Assembly: GCA_031414535.1 (NCBI GenBank)
Contig: JANNVQ010000014.1
Coordinates: 1 to 64,000, forward strand
DNA: 64,000 nt
Direction: 5' to 3'
From: Gemmatimonas sp.
Lineage (GTDB): Bacteria; Gemmatimonadota; Gemmatimonadetes; Gemmatimonadales; Gemmatimonadaceae
A program made the translations under genes and the position numbers. This document shows, piece after piece, positions 32,200 to 41,644 of the stretch. Each line of letters opens with the position of its first letter. Position 1 is the stretch's first letter. Under the pieces are notes generated by a model, which did not search any database, was not told the origin of the DNA, and worked only from the letters and a program-made list of their open reading frames with translations.

Positions 32200-32359
32200 A
32201 ACGCAACCTAAAAAGAGACCTCGGCTGGGTGAATCGGTGCCGGGGTTGGCGCGTCTGAGCGTCTACCGAGAACCTAGCTGGTCCGGTGGCGGATTGCCAA
32301 CGAACCCCTGCTGCCGCCGATGGCGGAGGGGCCCCAAAATCGGGTACCTTCGTCGTCGT

Positions 32360-33841
32360 ATGTCGCTCCTCAATCTCTACAACCTCTCGCTGAAGGGCCA
32401 CGCATCCACGCCGGCCCTCGAGTGCGAAGCGCCCGATGGGACGCTGCGCAGCCTCACCTTTGGCGAACTCGACCGGCGCAGCGACCAGTGGGCGGCGCTG
32501 TTGCGTGCACGTGGGCTGACGCGCGGCAACCGGCTCGGCTTCTGCCTCCTGAACCGACTCGCCGTACTTGACCTGTGGCTTGCCTGCGTGAAGCTCGGCG
32601 TGATTGTGGTGCCAATCAACGTGCTCTACAAGGGGCGCGAGATTGGACACATTGTGGGGGATGCGAAGCCCACTGCAGTGGTGACGACGACAGACCGCGC
32701 GACGGACCTGCCGGCAGGGACAGTGCTCTGGGATGTTGAGGAGATGGAACGCGAGGCCGAGGAAATTGAGTCCGCGAGTGACTCCGCGTGGGAGCGCTGT
32801 AGCGCGGACACAGCGGCGGCAATCATTTATACCTCGGGCACCACCGGCGCGGCCAAGGGAGCGGTGCTCACACACGGCAACTTCGCGGCCAACGCCCTCG
32901 CGCTCATCGGCGCCTGGGGCATCACGGCGACGGACCGGTACTTGGCCGCGCTTCCGCTCTTTCACGTGCACGGACTCGCCAATGGGGTGCAGTGTTGGCT
33001 CGCGAGCGGCTGCCACATGAAACTTGTGGAACGCTTTGACCGCGAGGAAGCACTCACCTGGTTTGAGTCGTATCAGCCCACGCTCTTTTTTGGCGTGCCT
33101 ACGATGTACGTGCGCTTGCTTGAGGCCGACGCGGTGAGGGCGCGCGCGATTGGCGCGGGTGTGCGGCTCTTTGTCTCGGGTTCGGCACCGCTACCGCCAC
33201 AGGTCCTTGAGGCATTCAACGAGCGCTTCGGCCACGTGATTCTGGAGCGCTACGGGATGACCGAGACGCTCATGAACGTGAGTAATCCGCTCGTGGGCGA
33301 GCGGCGCGCAGGGACGGTGGGGCTGCCGCTGCCAATGACGGCGGTAGAGATTCGCGACCCTGAGGGTAGCGTGGTAGCTGACGGCGCGGTGGGCGAGCTC
33401 TGGGTGCGGGGGCCGAACGTCTGCAACGGCTACTGGCAGCGGCCCGATGCGACCGCAGCGTCTTTCGTTGACGGTTGGTTCCGCACTGGCGACATCGGCG
33501 TGCGCGCGAGCGACGGCTACATCACGCTGCAGGGCCGGCGGAGCGATCTCATCATCTCGGGCGGGTTCAACATCTATCCGAGAGAGATTGAGGAGTTCTT
33601 GCTCACGCTTCCTGGTGTACGCGAGGCGGCAGTCACAGGCGAGGCTGATCCGGTGCGTGGCGAGATTCCAGTGGCCTATGTGGTTGGTGATGCGACGCTT
33701 GATCTCGCGGCATTGGAGGGCTTGGTCCGCGCCGAGTTGGCGTCGTTCAAGGTGCCACGGCGCTGGGTGCGTCTTGAGGCACTACCGCGTACCGCACTGG
33801 GCAAGGTTCAGAAGCACTTGCTCGCAGCACTAGCCAAGTGA
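32360..33841 (+). CDS. matB: Malonyl-CoA synthetase-like acyl-CoA ligase
   Basis: YTSGTTG, PLFHVHGL, ERYGMTE, GWFRTGD, GKVQK. Confidence 0.82.
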   Translation: MSLLNLYNLSLKGHASTPALECEAPDGTLRSLTFGELDRRSDQWAALLRARGLTRGNRLGFCLLNRLAVLDLWLACVKLGVIVVPINVLYKGREIGHIVGDAKPTAVVTTTDRATDLPAGTVLWDVEEMEREAEEIESASDSAWERCSADTAAAIIYTSGTTGAAKGAVLTHGNFAANALALIGAWGITATDRYLAALPLFHVHGLANGVQCWLASGCHMKLVERFDREEALTWFESYQPTLFFGVPTMYVRLLEADAVRARAIGAGVRLFVSGSAPLPPQVLEAFNERFGHVILERYGMTETLMNVSNPLVGERRAGTVGLPLPMTAVEIRDPEGSVVADGAVGELWVRGPNVCNGYWQRPDATAASFVDGWFRTGDIGVRASDGYITLQGRRSDLIISGGFNIYPREIEEFLLTLPGVREAAVTGEADPVRGEIPVAYVVGDATLDLAALEGLVRAELASFKVPRRWVRLEALPRTALGKVQKHLLAALAK

Positions 33842-35082
33842 CGCCAGCCGAACTCACGCTCGTCGCGCTTCTCGTGGTAGTGATTGCGAGCTTCGGGACG
33901 CGGCTGAACGTGGGCATCCTCGCGGTGGCGCTCGCGTGGCCCATCGCGGTGTACGCTGCGGGGTGGAAAGCCGAGCAGTTGATGCAGGTCTTCCCATCGT
34001 CGTTGTTCCTCACGCTGTTGGGCGTAACACTGCTATTTGGCGTGGCGCAGGCGAACGGAACGATGGGAGCACTCACGCAGCGTTCGCTTTCTCTGGCGGC
34101 TGGGCGTGCGGGGCTGTTGCCGCTGATCTTCTTTGTCCTTGCCTGCGCGATTAGCACACTGGGACCGGGCGCGATTGCGACACTCGCGTTGTTGGCGCCA
34201 CTTGCGATGGCGGCCAGCGTGCGCGCGGGCGTGCCGGTGTTGCTGACTGCGTTGATGATTGGCAACGGGGCCAACGCGGGGAATCTCTCGCCGTTTAGCG
34301 CGGTGGGTGTGATTGTCGCGTCGTCAATGGAGAAGGCCGGGCTCGCGGGCTTCGAGTGGCGGGTGTGGGCGGCGAACTTCGTGGCGCACGCGCTGGCTGG
34401 CGTGCTCGCGTGGGTGCTCTTCGGCGGGCCGCGGCTGCTGCGCGCGGGGCGCACGATTGCAATTGAGGCGCCAGTTGCATTGACGAGCACGCACCGACTC
34501 ACGCTTACCGTTGGCGCGGCGTGGATTGTAGCGGTGGTGCTACTCAAGGTGAACCTCGGCCTCGCGGCCTTCGCGGCGGCGGCGCTACTCATCCTCGCGC
34601 GCACGGGCGACGACACGGCGATGCTGAAGCAAGTACCGTGGAGCGTGCTCGTGATGGTGTGCGGCGTGAGTGTGCTCATTGGCGTGCTCGAAGGCACGGG
34701 CGGAATGCTGCTGTTCACCGATCTGCTCGCCCGCGTGGCGTCACCAACGAGTGTGAATGGCGTGATTGCGTTCATCACCGGAACCATCTCCACGTACAGC
34801 TCGACCTCGGGCGTGGTGTATCCGACGTTCCTCCCGACCGTTCAGGGACTCGTCGAGCGACTCGGTGGCGGGAATGCGCTGGAGATTGCGCTCTCAATCA
34901 ATGTTGGTGCGGCGCTTGTGGATGTGTCACCGCTGTCTACCCTCGGCGCGCTCTGCATTGCGGCGTTGCCGACGGGTCAGGAGCCGGCCAAGCTGTTCCG
35001 CAGCCTGCTCATCTGGGGCATGTCGATGACCGTGCTTGGGGCCCTGTTCTGTCAGTTGTTCATCGGTGTCTTTGCACGATAG
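33838..35082 (+). CDS. MatC-like/SLC13 dicarboxylate carrier
   Basis: NVGILA, ANGT and DVSPLSTLGALC motifs; polytopic; overlaps matB. Confidence 0.8.
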   Translation: MTPAELTLVALLVVVIASFGTRLNVGILAVALAWPIAVYAAGWKAEQLMQVFPSSLFLTLLGVTLLFGVAQANGTMGALTQRSLSLAAGRAGLLPLIFFVLACAISTLGPGAIATLALLAPLAMAASVRAGVPVLLTALMIGNGANAGNLSPFSAVGVIVASSMEKAGLAGFEWRVWAANFVAHALAGVLAWVLFGGPRLLRAGRTIAIEAPVALTSTHRLTLTVGAAWIVAVVLLKVNLGLAAFAAAALLILARTGDDTAMLKQVPWSVLVMVCGVSVLIGVLEGTGGMLLFTDLLARVASPTSVNGVIAFITGTISTYSSTSGVVYPTFLPTVQGLVERLGGGNALEIALSINVGAALVDVSPLSTLGALCIAALPTGQEPAKLFRSLLIWGMSMTVLGALFCQLFIGVFAR

Positions 35083-35087
35083 TGCGT

Positions 35088-36017
35088 ATGCTTTCCGCCT
35101 CTCTCCGCGTGCTCGATGGTGGGGTGGCCAGTGAGTTGTCGCGGCAGGGCTTGGACCTCAGTGACGAGCTTTGGTCGGCACGCGTGCTCATTGATGCGCC
35201 CGAGGCGATTGAGCGGGTGCACGAGGAGTACTACCTCGCCGGCGCTGACATTGCTATTACTGCGAGCTATCAGGCGAGCTATGGCGGATTTGCCAAGCGC
35301 GGGCTGAACACCGAGGCCACGAACGTTCTCCTGCGCCGCTCTGTGGAACTGGCGCAGTCGGCTCGCGATCGCGTGTCGCTCCGGTTGCGCCAAGAGTCGG
35401 AGCAGCCTCGAGATTTACTCGTCGCCGCGTCGGTGGGCCCGTATGGTGCGGTGCTTCACGACGGATCCGAATACCGCGGCGATTACGGACTGTCTGAAGA
35501 CGCGTTGGTGGACTTTCACCGTGACCGCTTGAACGTCCTCATCTCCGCTGGCCCTGATCTCATTGCCTGCGAGACCATACCCTCCCGCACTGAGGCGGCG
35601 GCACTTGTCCGACTCCTTGGTGAGCACGCGGGTGCCGAGGCATGGATGACGTTTACCTGCTGCGACGGTAAGCACACTTCAGCCGGCGATTCGATTGCCG
35701 AATGCGCACGTTGGTTAGACGGAGTACCGCAGATTGTGGCACTAGGCATCAACTGCACCGCACCCGAGTTGGTGGAGTCGCTCATCAGAGAGATTGCGTC
35801 TGGCACAGCGAAGCCGATTGTCGTCTACCCAAACTCTGGTGAAGCCTGGGACGCTGACGCGCGCTGCTGGACGGGAAATGCCGACCGATTCACCACGTAC
35901 GTCCCAACTTGGCTGAAGGCAGGTGCGACCTGGATCGGTGGCTGCTGCCGCACGACACCCGATGACATCAGGCGCGTGCGACAGGACGTTGATGCGTATA
36001 CGAACTCCCGCGGCTGA
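35088..36017 (+). CDS. mmuM: Homocysteine S-methyltransferase
   Basis: LDGG, LWSA, SVGPYGA..GSEYRG, GINC, YPNSGE, GGCCRT. Confidence 0.92.
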   Translation: MLSASLRVLDGGVASELSRQGLDLSDELWSARVLIDAPEAIERVHEEYYLAGADIAITASYQASYGGFAKRGLNTEATNVLLRRSVELAQSARDRVSLRLRQESEQPRDLLVAASVGPYGAVLHDGSEYRGDYGLSEDALVDFHRDRLNVLISAGPDLIACETIPSRTEAAALVRLLGEHAGAEAWMTFTCCDGKHTSAGDSIAECARWLDGVPQIVALGINCTAPELVESLIREIASGTAKPIVVYPNSGEAWDADARCWTGNADRFTTYVPTWLKAGATWIGGCCRTTPDDIRRVRQDVDAYTNSRG

Positions 36018-36023
36018 GCGCCG

Positions 36024-39000
36024 CTAGCGGCGATCCAAGCTCAGCACCACGAGGCGCGACGTCGAGCCACCGCCGGTCGCTATTGCCACGAACTGACGCC
36101 CATCGCTGGTGCGGTACGTCATCGGATTCGAATACGCTTGTTGTCCGAGGTCGAGTTCCCACAGCGTGACGCCCGAGCGCGTGTCAATCGCATAAAGCAC
36201 GCGCCCGCCCCCAGACGCGAAGACGAGCCCCCCTCCAGTGACGAGTGCGCCTGGTGAGCCCGACACGCCAAGCCGCGCGGGTAGCACCGCACCGCGCAGC
36301 GCCGGATGCGCGCGCACCTCGGGAGTGTCACCAAGCGGCACCTGCCACATCGTCTCGCCGGTGTTCATATCAACAGCCGTGAGCGTGCCGTACGGCGGCT
36401 TGTTCACCGGCAAGCGCGACGACGAGCGTTCGGCGCCCTCGGCGTTATCGCGCTGCGAAACGCCGAGCGACGAGTTCGGGAGGTCAATCGCATAGGGCGA
36501 GTCTACCGTGTCGCTCGGGGCATCACGCTTGATGAGACGAAATAGCGCCGGCGCGTTGGAGCCCTTCACAAAAAGCCAACCGGTAGTGGGGTCTACCGCG
36601 GCCCCGCCCCAGCCCGCACCGCCAATCACGCCAGGCATCGCGACGGTGCCCTGTAAGGACGGCGGAGTATACATAGGGCCAAGCCGATAGGGCGTAACCT
36701 CGGCGAGTGCGGCCGCACGCAGTGCGGGCGTGAAGTTCATCAGGTCATCAACGCCAAGTCCTTGTTGGGTGAAGGGAGCCGGCTTCGTCGGAAATGGCTG
36801 CGTCGGCCAAGCGGCTTCACCCGGCACGTCGCTGGCCGGGACTGTGCGTTCCTCAATTGGCCAGAGCGGCGCGCCCGTGGCACGCTCAAACGCGAAGAGC
36901 ATTCCCTGCTTGGTCGGCGCAACGACGATGTCTTTCCGTACGCCGTTGTGCGTCACCGTCATCAGGTTCGGCGGCGCGGGTAGATCGTAGTCCCAAAGTC
37001 CATGATGCGCGACTTGAAAATGCCAGACGCGCTGCCCAGTACGCGCATCGAGCGCGACGAGTGACTCGCCAAAGAGATTCGCGCCGTTGCGCTCGCCGCC
37101 GTACCAATCGTCGCTCGGCGTGCCGACCGGCAGAAAAACGAGACCACGCGCGCTGTCTACCGTGAATGGAGCCCACACATTGGTGTGACCCTTGTAGCGC
37201 CAGGAACCGTCCTCCCAAGTCTCGTTGCCCATCTCGCCCGGCTCGGGCACAGTTTTGAAGCGCCACACGCGACGACCGGTGCGCACGTCGAAGGCCTGCA
37301 CGTCGCCCGGCGGATCGCCGCGGTACATCAGACGATCGCCAACGCCGTTGCCGACAATCACCAGATTGCCCCAGACCACAGGCGGTGAGGTGTTGGTGTA
37401 GTGCTCACGGCGCACGGGGCGTGAGAGATCGTCGGTGAGGTCAATTTCCCCACCTGTGCCGAAAGAAGCGATGGGCGTACCACTTACCGCGTCGAGCGCA
37501 ATCAAGCGCCAACGCGAGTTAATGAACACGCGCCGTGAGGTGCCATCAGTCCAGGTCGCGACGCCGCGGTGCACGAAGCCCGTACCGTTGCTCGGCTGGC
37601 CGTAGGTCTTCCACGGTTGCGGGTCGTACTGCCAGAGTTCGCGGCCACTGCGCGCGTCGAGCGCAATGACGCGATTGAAGGGCGTGGGGAAGATCAGCGT
37701 GTCGCCAATCGCAAGCGGCGTGGCCTGGAAAAATCCGGGGCGCGCGGGTCTCTGCCCCTCGCTCGCAGGTACGGGCCGCTCGTCGGCGTCCCAACTGAAG
37801 GCGATGCGCAGTCCGTGTACGTTGGTGCGGTCAATGTCATTGAGCGGTGAGTACTTGAGTCCGCCAGCATCATTGCCGTATGCGGCCCAGCCCACCGCAG
37901 CTCCGCGCTCGCGATCAAGCCGTTCCGGCGCGAGCACGACATTACCACCCTTCATCACGAAGACGATGCGCTGCAGAGCCGTGATGTCGGTGAGCGGATT
38001 GCCATCCACGGCAATCACGTCCGCTACTCTTCCCTCAACGACAGTCCCAAGGCTGTCGGCGAGGCCGAGTGCTTCGGCGGCGAGCGAGGTCGCAGCACGA
38101 ATGGCCTCGGCGTTGGCCTGACCGGCCTCGCGCACGCGGTAGATAATCTCTCGCGCATTCTGCCCGTGCGCTCCCGCGACGGCATCGGTGCCCATCACGA
38201 GTTTGAGACCCGGGGTGCGCATCGCCTCGCGGAAGAGTGCGAGATTCTTCGGCACGACGTCCTCCATGAACCGGAATCCCTCGTCGGTGAAGTTGCCCAC
38301 GCCAACAAAGCGCGCGCGATTCTCGAGGTAGTTCTGGATGACGAGGCCGATGTTGGGCTCAAAGAAGGTTCCGCGCTGTACCATGAGCGCGAGCTCGGTG
38401 GCTGTCACCTGCGTGCCGTGCGTGACGCCGGTGCATCCGGCATTGGCAGCCGCGCGCACCGCCGAAGCCGCGTGCGCGTGCACCCAACTACGCAGGCCCG
38501 CCTTGCGAGCTTCATCGCAGGCGGCGAAAATCTGCGCGTCGCTCAGCGTCTGACCGCCACCGTCGCGGATGCTCCGCGATGAGAAGATCTTGATGACATC
38601 GGCGCCGCGCGCGGCCGTCGTGCGCACCCACTCGCGAATTTGCTCGGGTGTGCGCGAGGTGTCGCTGAACTGGGCGACCGATGTGAGAATGCGCGGTCCT
38701 TCGGCGCGTCCCTCGGCGATTGCGCTGCGGAGCTCAAGATCGATTGCCGCGCCGAGGCTCTGCACGGTGGTGAAGCCGGCGCGTAGTGTGAGCTGCGCGT
38801 TCTCCATCGCCGCCCGCAGGCGCTGCTGAGGCGTCTCGCCGCGATTGTTCGCGCGGCCGTCAGCGCCAAAGTGACCATCAATGTGAACGTGCGTGTCTAT
38901 TAGACCAGGTAGCAGTGTACGCCCTGATAGATCCCAGGACACCACCGTGCCCGCGCGCCACGGCGCGATGCGTGTGATGCGGGAGCCGTCAATGGTGAGC

Positions 39001-39179
39001 ACGACGTCGCGCTGCACGCCGCCGCGTCCGTCGAGGAGGGTACCCACCCGGATGGTCAGCGGAGCGCGCTGCGGCGCGCTTTGCGGCACGGGCGTGCCAG
39101 CCGCGAGTGCGAACGGGATTGAGAGAATCACGGCTCGCCGGAGCACGGGGGAGCGGGTCCAGCCGGAAGGATTTTGCAT
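36024..39179 (-). CDS. Exported fusion: amidohydrolase domain plus PQQ-dependent (glucose/quinate-type) dehydrogenase domain
   Basis: PGLIDTHVH/VHAH/GTDA, then YGNDAGGLKYSPL, HHGLWDYD and GGAGWGG PQQ propeller motifs, in one open frame. Confidence 0.88.
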   Translation of the reverse strand: MQNPSGWTRSPVLRRAVILSIPFALAAGTPVPQSAPQRAPLTIRVGTLLDGRGGVQRDVVLTIDGSRITRIAPWRAGTVVSWDLSGRTLLPGLIDTHVHIDGHFGADGRANNRGETPQQRLRAAMENAQLTLRAGFTTVQSLGAAIDLELRSAIAEGRAEGPRILTSVAQFSDTSRTPEQIREWVRTTAARGADVIKIFSSRSIRDGGGQTLSDAQIFAACDEARKAGLRSWVHAHAASAVRAAANAGCTGVTHGTQVTATELALMVQRGTFFEPNIGLVIQNYLENRARFVGVGNFTDEGFRFMEDVVPKNLALFREAMRTPGLKLVMGTDAVAGAHGQNAREIIYRVREAGQANAEAIRAATSLAAEALGLADSLGTVVEGRVADVIAVDGNPLTDITALQRIVFVMKGGNVVLAPERLDRERGAAVGWAAYGNDAGGLKYSPLNDIDRTNVHGLRIAFSWDADERPVPASEGQRPARPGFFQATPLAIGDTLIFPTPFNRVIALDARSGRELWQYDPQPWKTYGQPSNGTGFVHRGVATWTDGTSRRVFINSRWRLIALDAVSGTPIASFGTGGEIDLTDDLSRPVRREHYTNTSPPVVWGNLVIVGNGVGDRLMYRGDPPGDVQAFDVRTGRRVWRFKTVPEPGEMGNETWEDGSWRYKGHTNVWAPFTVDSARGLVFLPVGTPSDDWYGGERNGANLFGESLVALDARTGQRVWHFQVAHHGLWDYDLPAPPNLMTVTHNGVRKDIVVAPTKQGMLFAFERATGAPLWPIEERTVPASDVPGEAAWPTQPFPTKPAPFTQQGLGVDDLMNFTPALRAAALAEVTPYRLGPMYTPPSLQGTVAMPGVIGGAGWGGAAVDPTTGWLFVKGSNAPALFRLIKRDAPSDTVDSPYAIDLPNSSLGVSQRDNAEGAERSSSRLPVNKPPYGTLTAVDMNTGETMWQVPLGDTPEVRAHPALRGAVLPARLGVSGSPGALVTGGGLVFASGGGRVLYAIDTRSGVTLWELDLGQQAYSNPMTYRTSDGRQFVAIATGGGSTSRLVVLSLDRR

Positions 39180-39256
39180 CGCAGCCTCGGAAATCGGATA
39201 CGGGGAAATCTATGGTCTATCTCGCGCCGCCACCTTGGGCGAGTTAGCATCCGACT

Positions 39257-39931
39257 GTGACGACTGACCGAAGGGACTTCATTAAGCGCGCCGCCCTTGC
39301 GGCCGCCACCGCGTCGGGGCTCGGCGCAACCGAAGCGCTCACGCAGGGCGCGGCCAGCGCTTCGCGCACTCCGGCCACTGCGACGTCGCAGCCGGGTGCG
39401 CCACAGAGCGCTGCGCAAACAACGACTCGGACCCTCGATCCCCTGCTCCTCCGCGCGCTCGGCGACGCAATCCTCCCGGAGATGCTCGGCGATACCGGGC
39501 GCGCACGTGCCATCGCCGCCTTCGCGACTTGGCTGGCGCAGTACACACCAGTGGCCGAGGAGATGCACGGCTACGGCGACGCTGAGATCACCTACACGCC
39601 GAGCGATCCGGCGCCGGGGTGGAACGCACAGCTCACGGGACTCGATTTGCTCGCACGCCGCAAGCATCGACGCGCTTTTGCGCGGCTCAGCGTGCCGTTG
39701 CGGCGTGCGGTGGTACAGACGCAACTCGCGCGAGTCAGCACAAGCCGCCTGCCAGCCAACCCGCTCGCGGCACCGCACGTGGCCGTCGCGCTACTCGCGC
39801 ACTGGGCCGCCTCGAGCGAGGCAACCGATCTCGCGTACGAGGCGCGTATCATGAAGGGGAACTGCCGCCTGCTCTCCCAGACGTCGCGCCCGCCTCTCCC
39901 GCTCACCCAAGAAACCACGGGGGAAGCATGA
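39257..39931 (+). CDS. Tat-signal partner subunit of a flavoprotein dehydrogenase (gluconate 2-dehydrogenase subunit 3-like)
   Basis: DRRDFIK signal; ATGA overlap with the GMC gene. Confidence 0.7.
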   Translation: MTTDRRDFIKRAALAAATASGLGATEALTQGAASASRTPATATSQPGAPQSAAQTTTRTLDPLLLRALGDAILPEMLGDTGRARAIAAFATWLAQYTPVAEEMHGYGDAEITYTPSDPAPGWNAQLTGLDLLARRKHRRAFARLSVPLRRAVVQTQLARVSTSRLPANPLAAPHVAVALLAHWAASSEATDLAYEARIMKGNCRLLSQTSRPPLPLTQETTGEA

Positions 39932-41559
39932 CAGCGCCTCGCGTTCTCGAAGCCGACATCTGTATTGTCGGCTCTGGCATCACCGCCGCGCTCATGGCCG
40001 AGAAGCTCGCGGCCGAACGTGACGCAACGATTCTCGTTGTGGAGGCCGGTGGTCACTCGACTCCGATGCGCGAGCGCGCCCTTAAGCGCGCACGCTGGAT
40101 GGACTACGGGGAGACGCCGTGGCCCAACGATCATCTCGACGACCAGACCGCGCTCGGCACCGCGTACGGGTTCTCACCGTCAATGAACGTGGGCGGACTC
40201 GCGCTGCACTGGGGCGGAGTGACGCCACGCTACTCGCCCGAGGACTTCCGTCTGCGCACGCTCTATGGCGTGGGCGACGATTGGCCCATCAGCTACGACG
40301 ACCTTGATCCGTTCTATCAAGAAGCCGAGGAGCGGATGGGCATTGCTGGCGAGCAGGGGCCAGCGGCGATGGATCCGCGCGGCAAGCCGTTTCCTATGCC
40401 TGCGCTCCCACTCAGTCAGAATCTGCAACAGTTGCAGGAATGGGCGGGCAAGGCGGGAATTGCGATGTGGAGTCAGCCGAGCGCGAAGAACTCCGTGCCG
40501 TACAACGGGCGAGGGGTTTGTCAGCGTTGCGATACTTGTTATCCGATCTGCCCGAGCGGCGCGAAGTACTCGCCGGACTTTTCATTTGATGCGCTTGTGC
40601 GTTCCGGGCGCATCAGGCTCGTGACGGACACACTCGTACGCCGCTTGCATGCCGACGCGCGCACGGGGCGCATCACGCACGCGACGGCGAACGCGACGAA
40701 GGGAACGCGGCAGGAGGTAACGATTCGTGCGAAGACCTTCGTGCTCGCCGCTGGATTCACGTGGACACCGCATCTGCTACTGCTCTCCGCAGGTGGTGCG
40801 TATCCAAACGGCATTGCCAATAGCTCCGGACTCGTCGGCAAGTACATCTGCGGTCACCGCAACGTGGGTGCGCAGATTCGCTTGCCAATGAAGCTTTTCC
40901 CCGGTGTGAACGCGCAGCACTCACTCGTCACTAAGCAGTTCATGCGGCCGGGGGCGCTCGACCGGTACATTCGCCACGACCTACGCGTGTGGGAGTCGTC
41001 GTTCGGTCAGGAGCCGCGCCTGCGCGATGACTCGGGCGCGCTCTTGCTTGGCGACGCGCTTATGAATGACTGGCGCTCTCGCACCGTGAAGGGCACGGCG
41101 CGTGTGCGTGCCTACTACGACGTGCTTCCGGCGCGCGACAGCGAGCTCACGCTCGATTCGAGTGCCCAGAACGCGTGGGGCGACCCGATGCCGCGCCTGC
41201 AGTTCCGTGACGCGCCCGAGTCGGTGGCCTTGCGCGCGTGGACCGAGCAGAGCATTCGCGACCTTTTCCAACGCATGGCGCGCGCCGGCGACGGTGAGAT
41301 TATCTCGAACGCCTCGGCGGCCGGCGACATCGGGCAAGAACATCCCGGTGGCGGTTGCCGCATGGGCAATGATCCTGCGACGAGCGTCGTGGATCGAGAC
41401 GGGCGCGCGCACGACCACGACAATCTGTTTATCGCCGGGGCGCCTACGAATGTGACGGCGAGCTGCTGTAACGGCACGCTCACTTTCGCAGCGCTTGGTT
41501 TGCTGACCGCGGCGCGTGTAGGCGAGACGTTCACGGCGCGCTCGGTTCGCAATCCGTAG
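39928..41559 (+). CDS. GMC-family FAD oxidoreductase with Fe-S Cys cluster
   Basis: IVGSGITA, VGGLALHWGG, CQRCDTCYPICP, HPGGGCRMG, NGTLT. Confidence 0.9.
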   Translation: MTAPRVLEADICIVGSGITAALMAEKLAAERDATILVVEAGGHSTPMRERALKRARWMDYGETPWPNDHLDDQTALGTAYGFSPSMNVGGLALHWGGVTPRYSPEDFRLRTLYGVGDDWPISYDDLDPFYQEAEERMGIAGEQGPAAMDPRGKPFPMPALPLSQNLQQLQEWAGKAGIAMWSQPSAKNSVPYNGRGVCQRCDTCYPICPSGAKYSPDFSFDALVRSGRIRLVTDTLVRRLHADARTGRITHATANATKGTRQEVTIRAKTFVLAAGFTWTPHLLLLSAGGAYPNGIANSSGLVGKYICGHRNVGAQIRLPMKLFPGVNAQHSLVTKQFMRPGALDRYIRHDLRVWESSFGQEPRLRDDSGALLLGDALMNDWRSRTVKGTARVRAYYDVLPARDSELTLDSSAQNAWGDPMPRLQFRDAPESVALRAWTEQSIRDLFQRMARAGDGEIISNASAAGDIGQEHPGGGCRMGNDPATSVVDRDGRAHDHDNLFIAGAPTNVTASCCNGTLTFAALGLLTAARVGETFTARSVRNP

Positions 41560-41644
41560 TCGTAGTATGACCTGACTCGGCGCTTCCGCACAGTCACATA
41601 GACACACTTTGCTCTTCGCTGCGCTCATTTCACCGGATCTTCGC

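Noticed and set aside
31934..32359. Long N-terminal extension of matB (VALVAL...)
   Set aside because: It is the antisense of the cheB N-terminus and the repeat; ligase similarity begins at 32360
34521..35087. N-terminal extension of mmuM in the ORF track
   Set aside because: Alternative frame inside the matC-like gene
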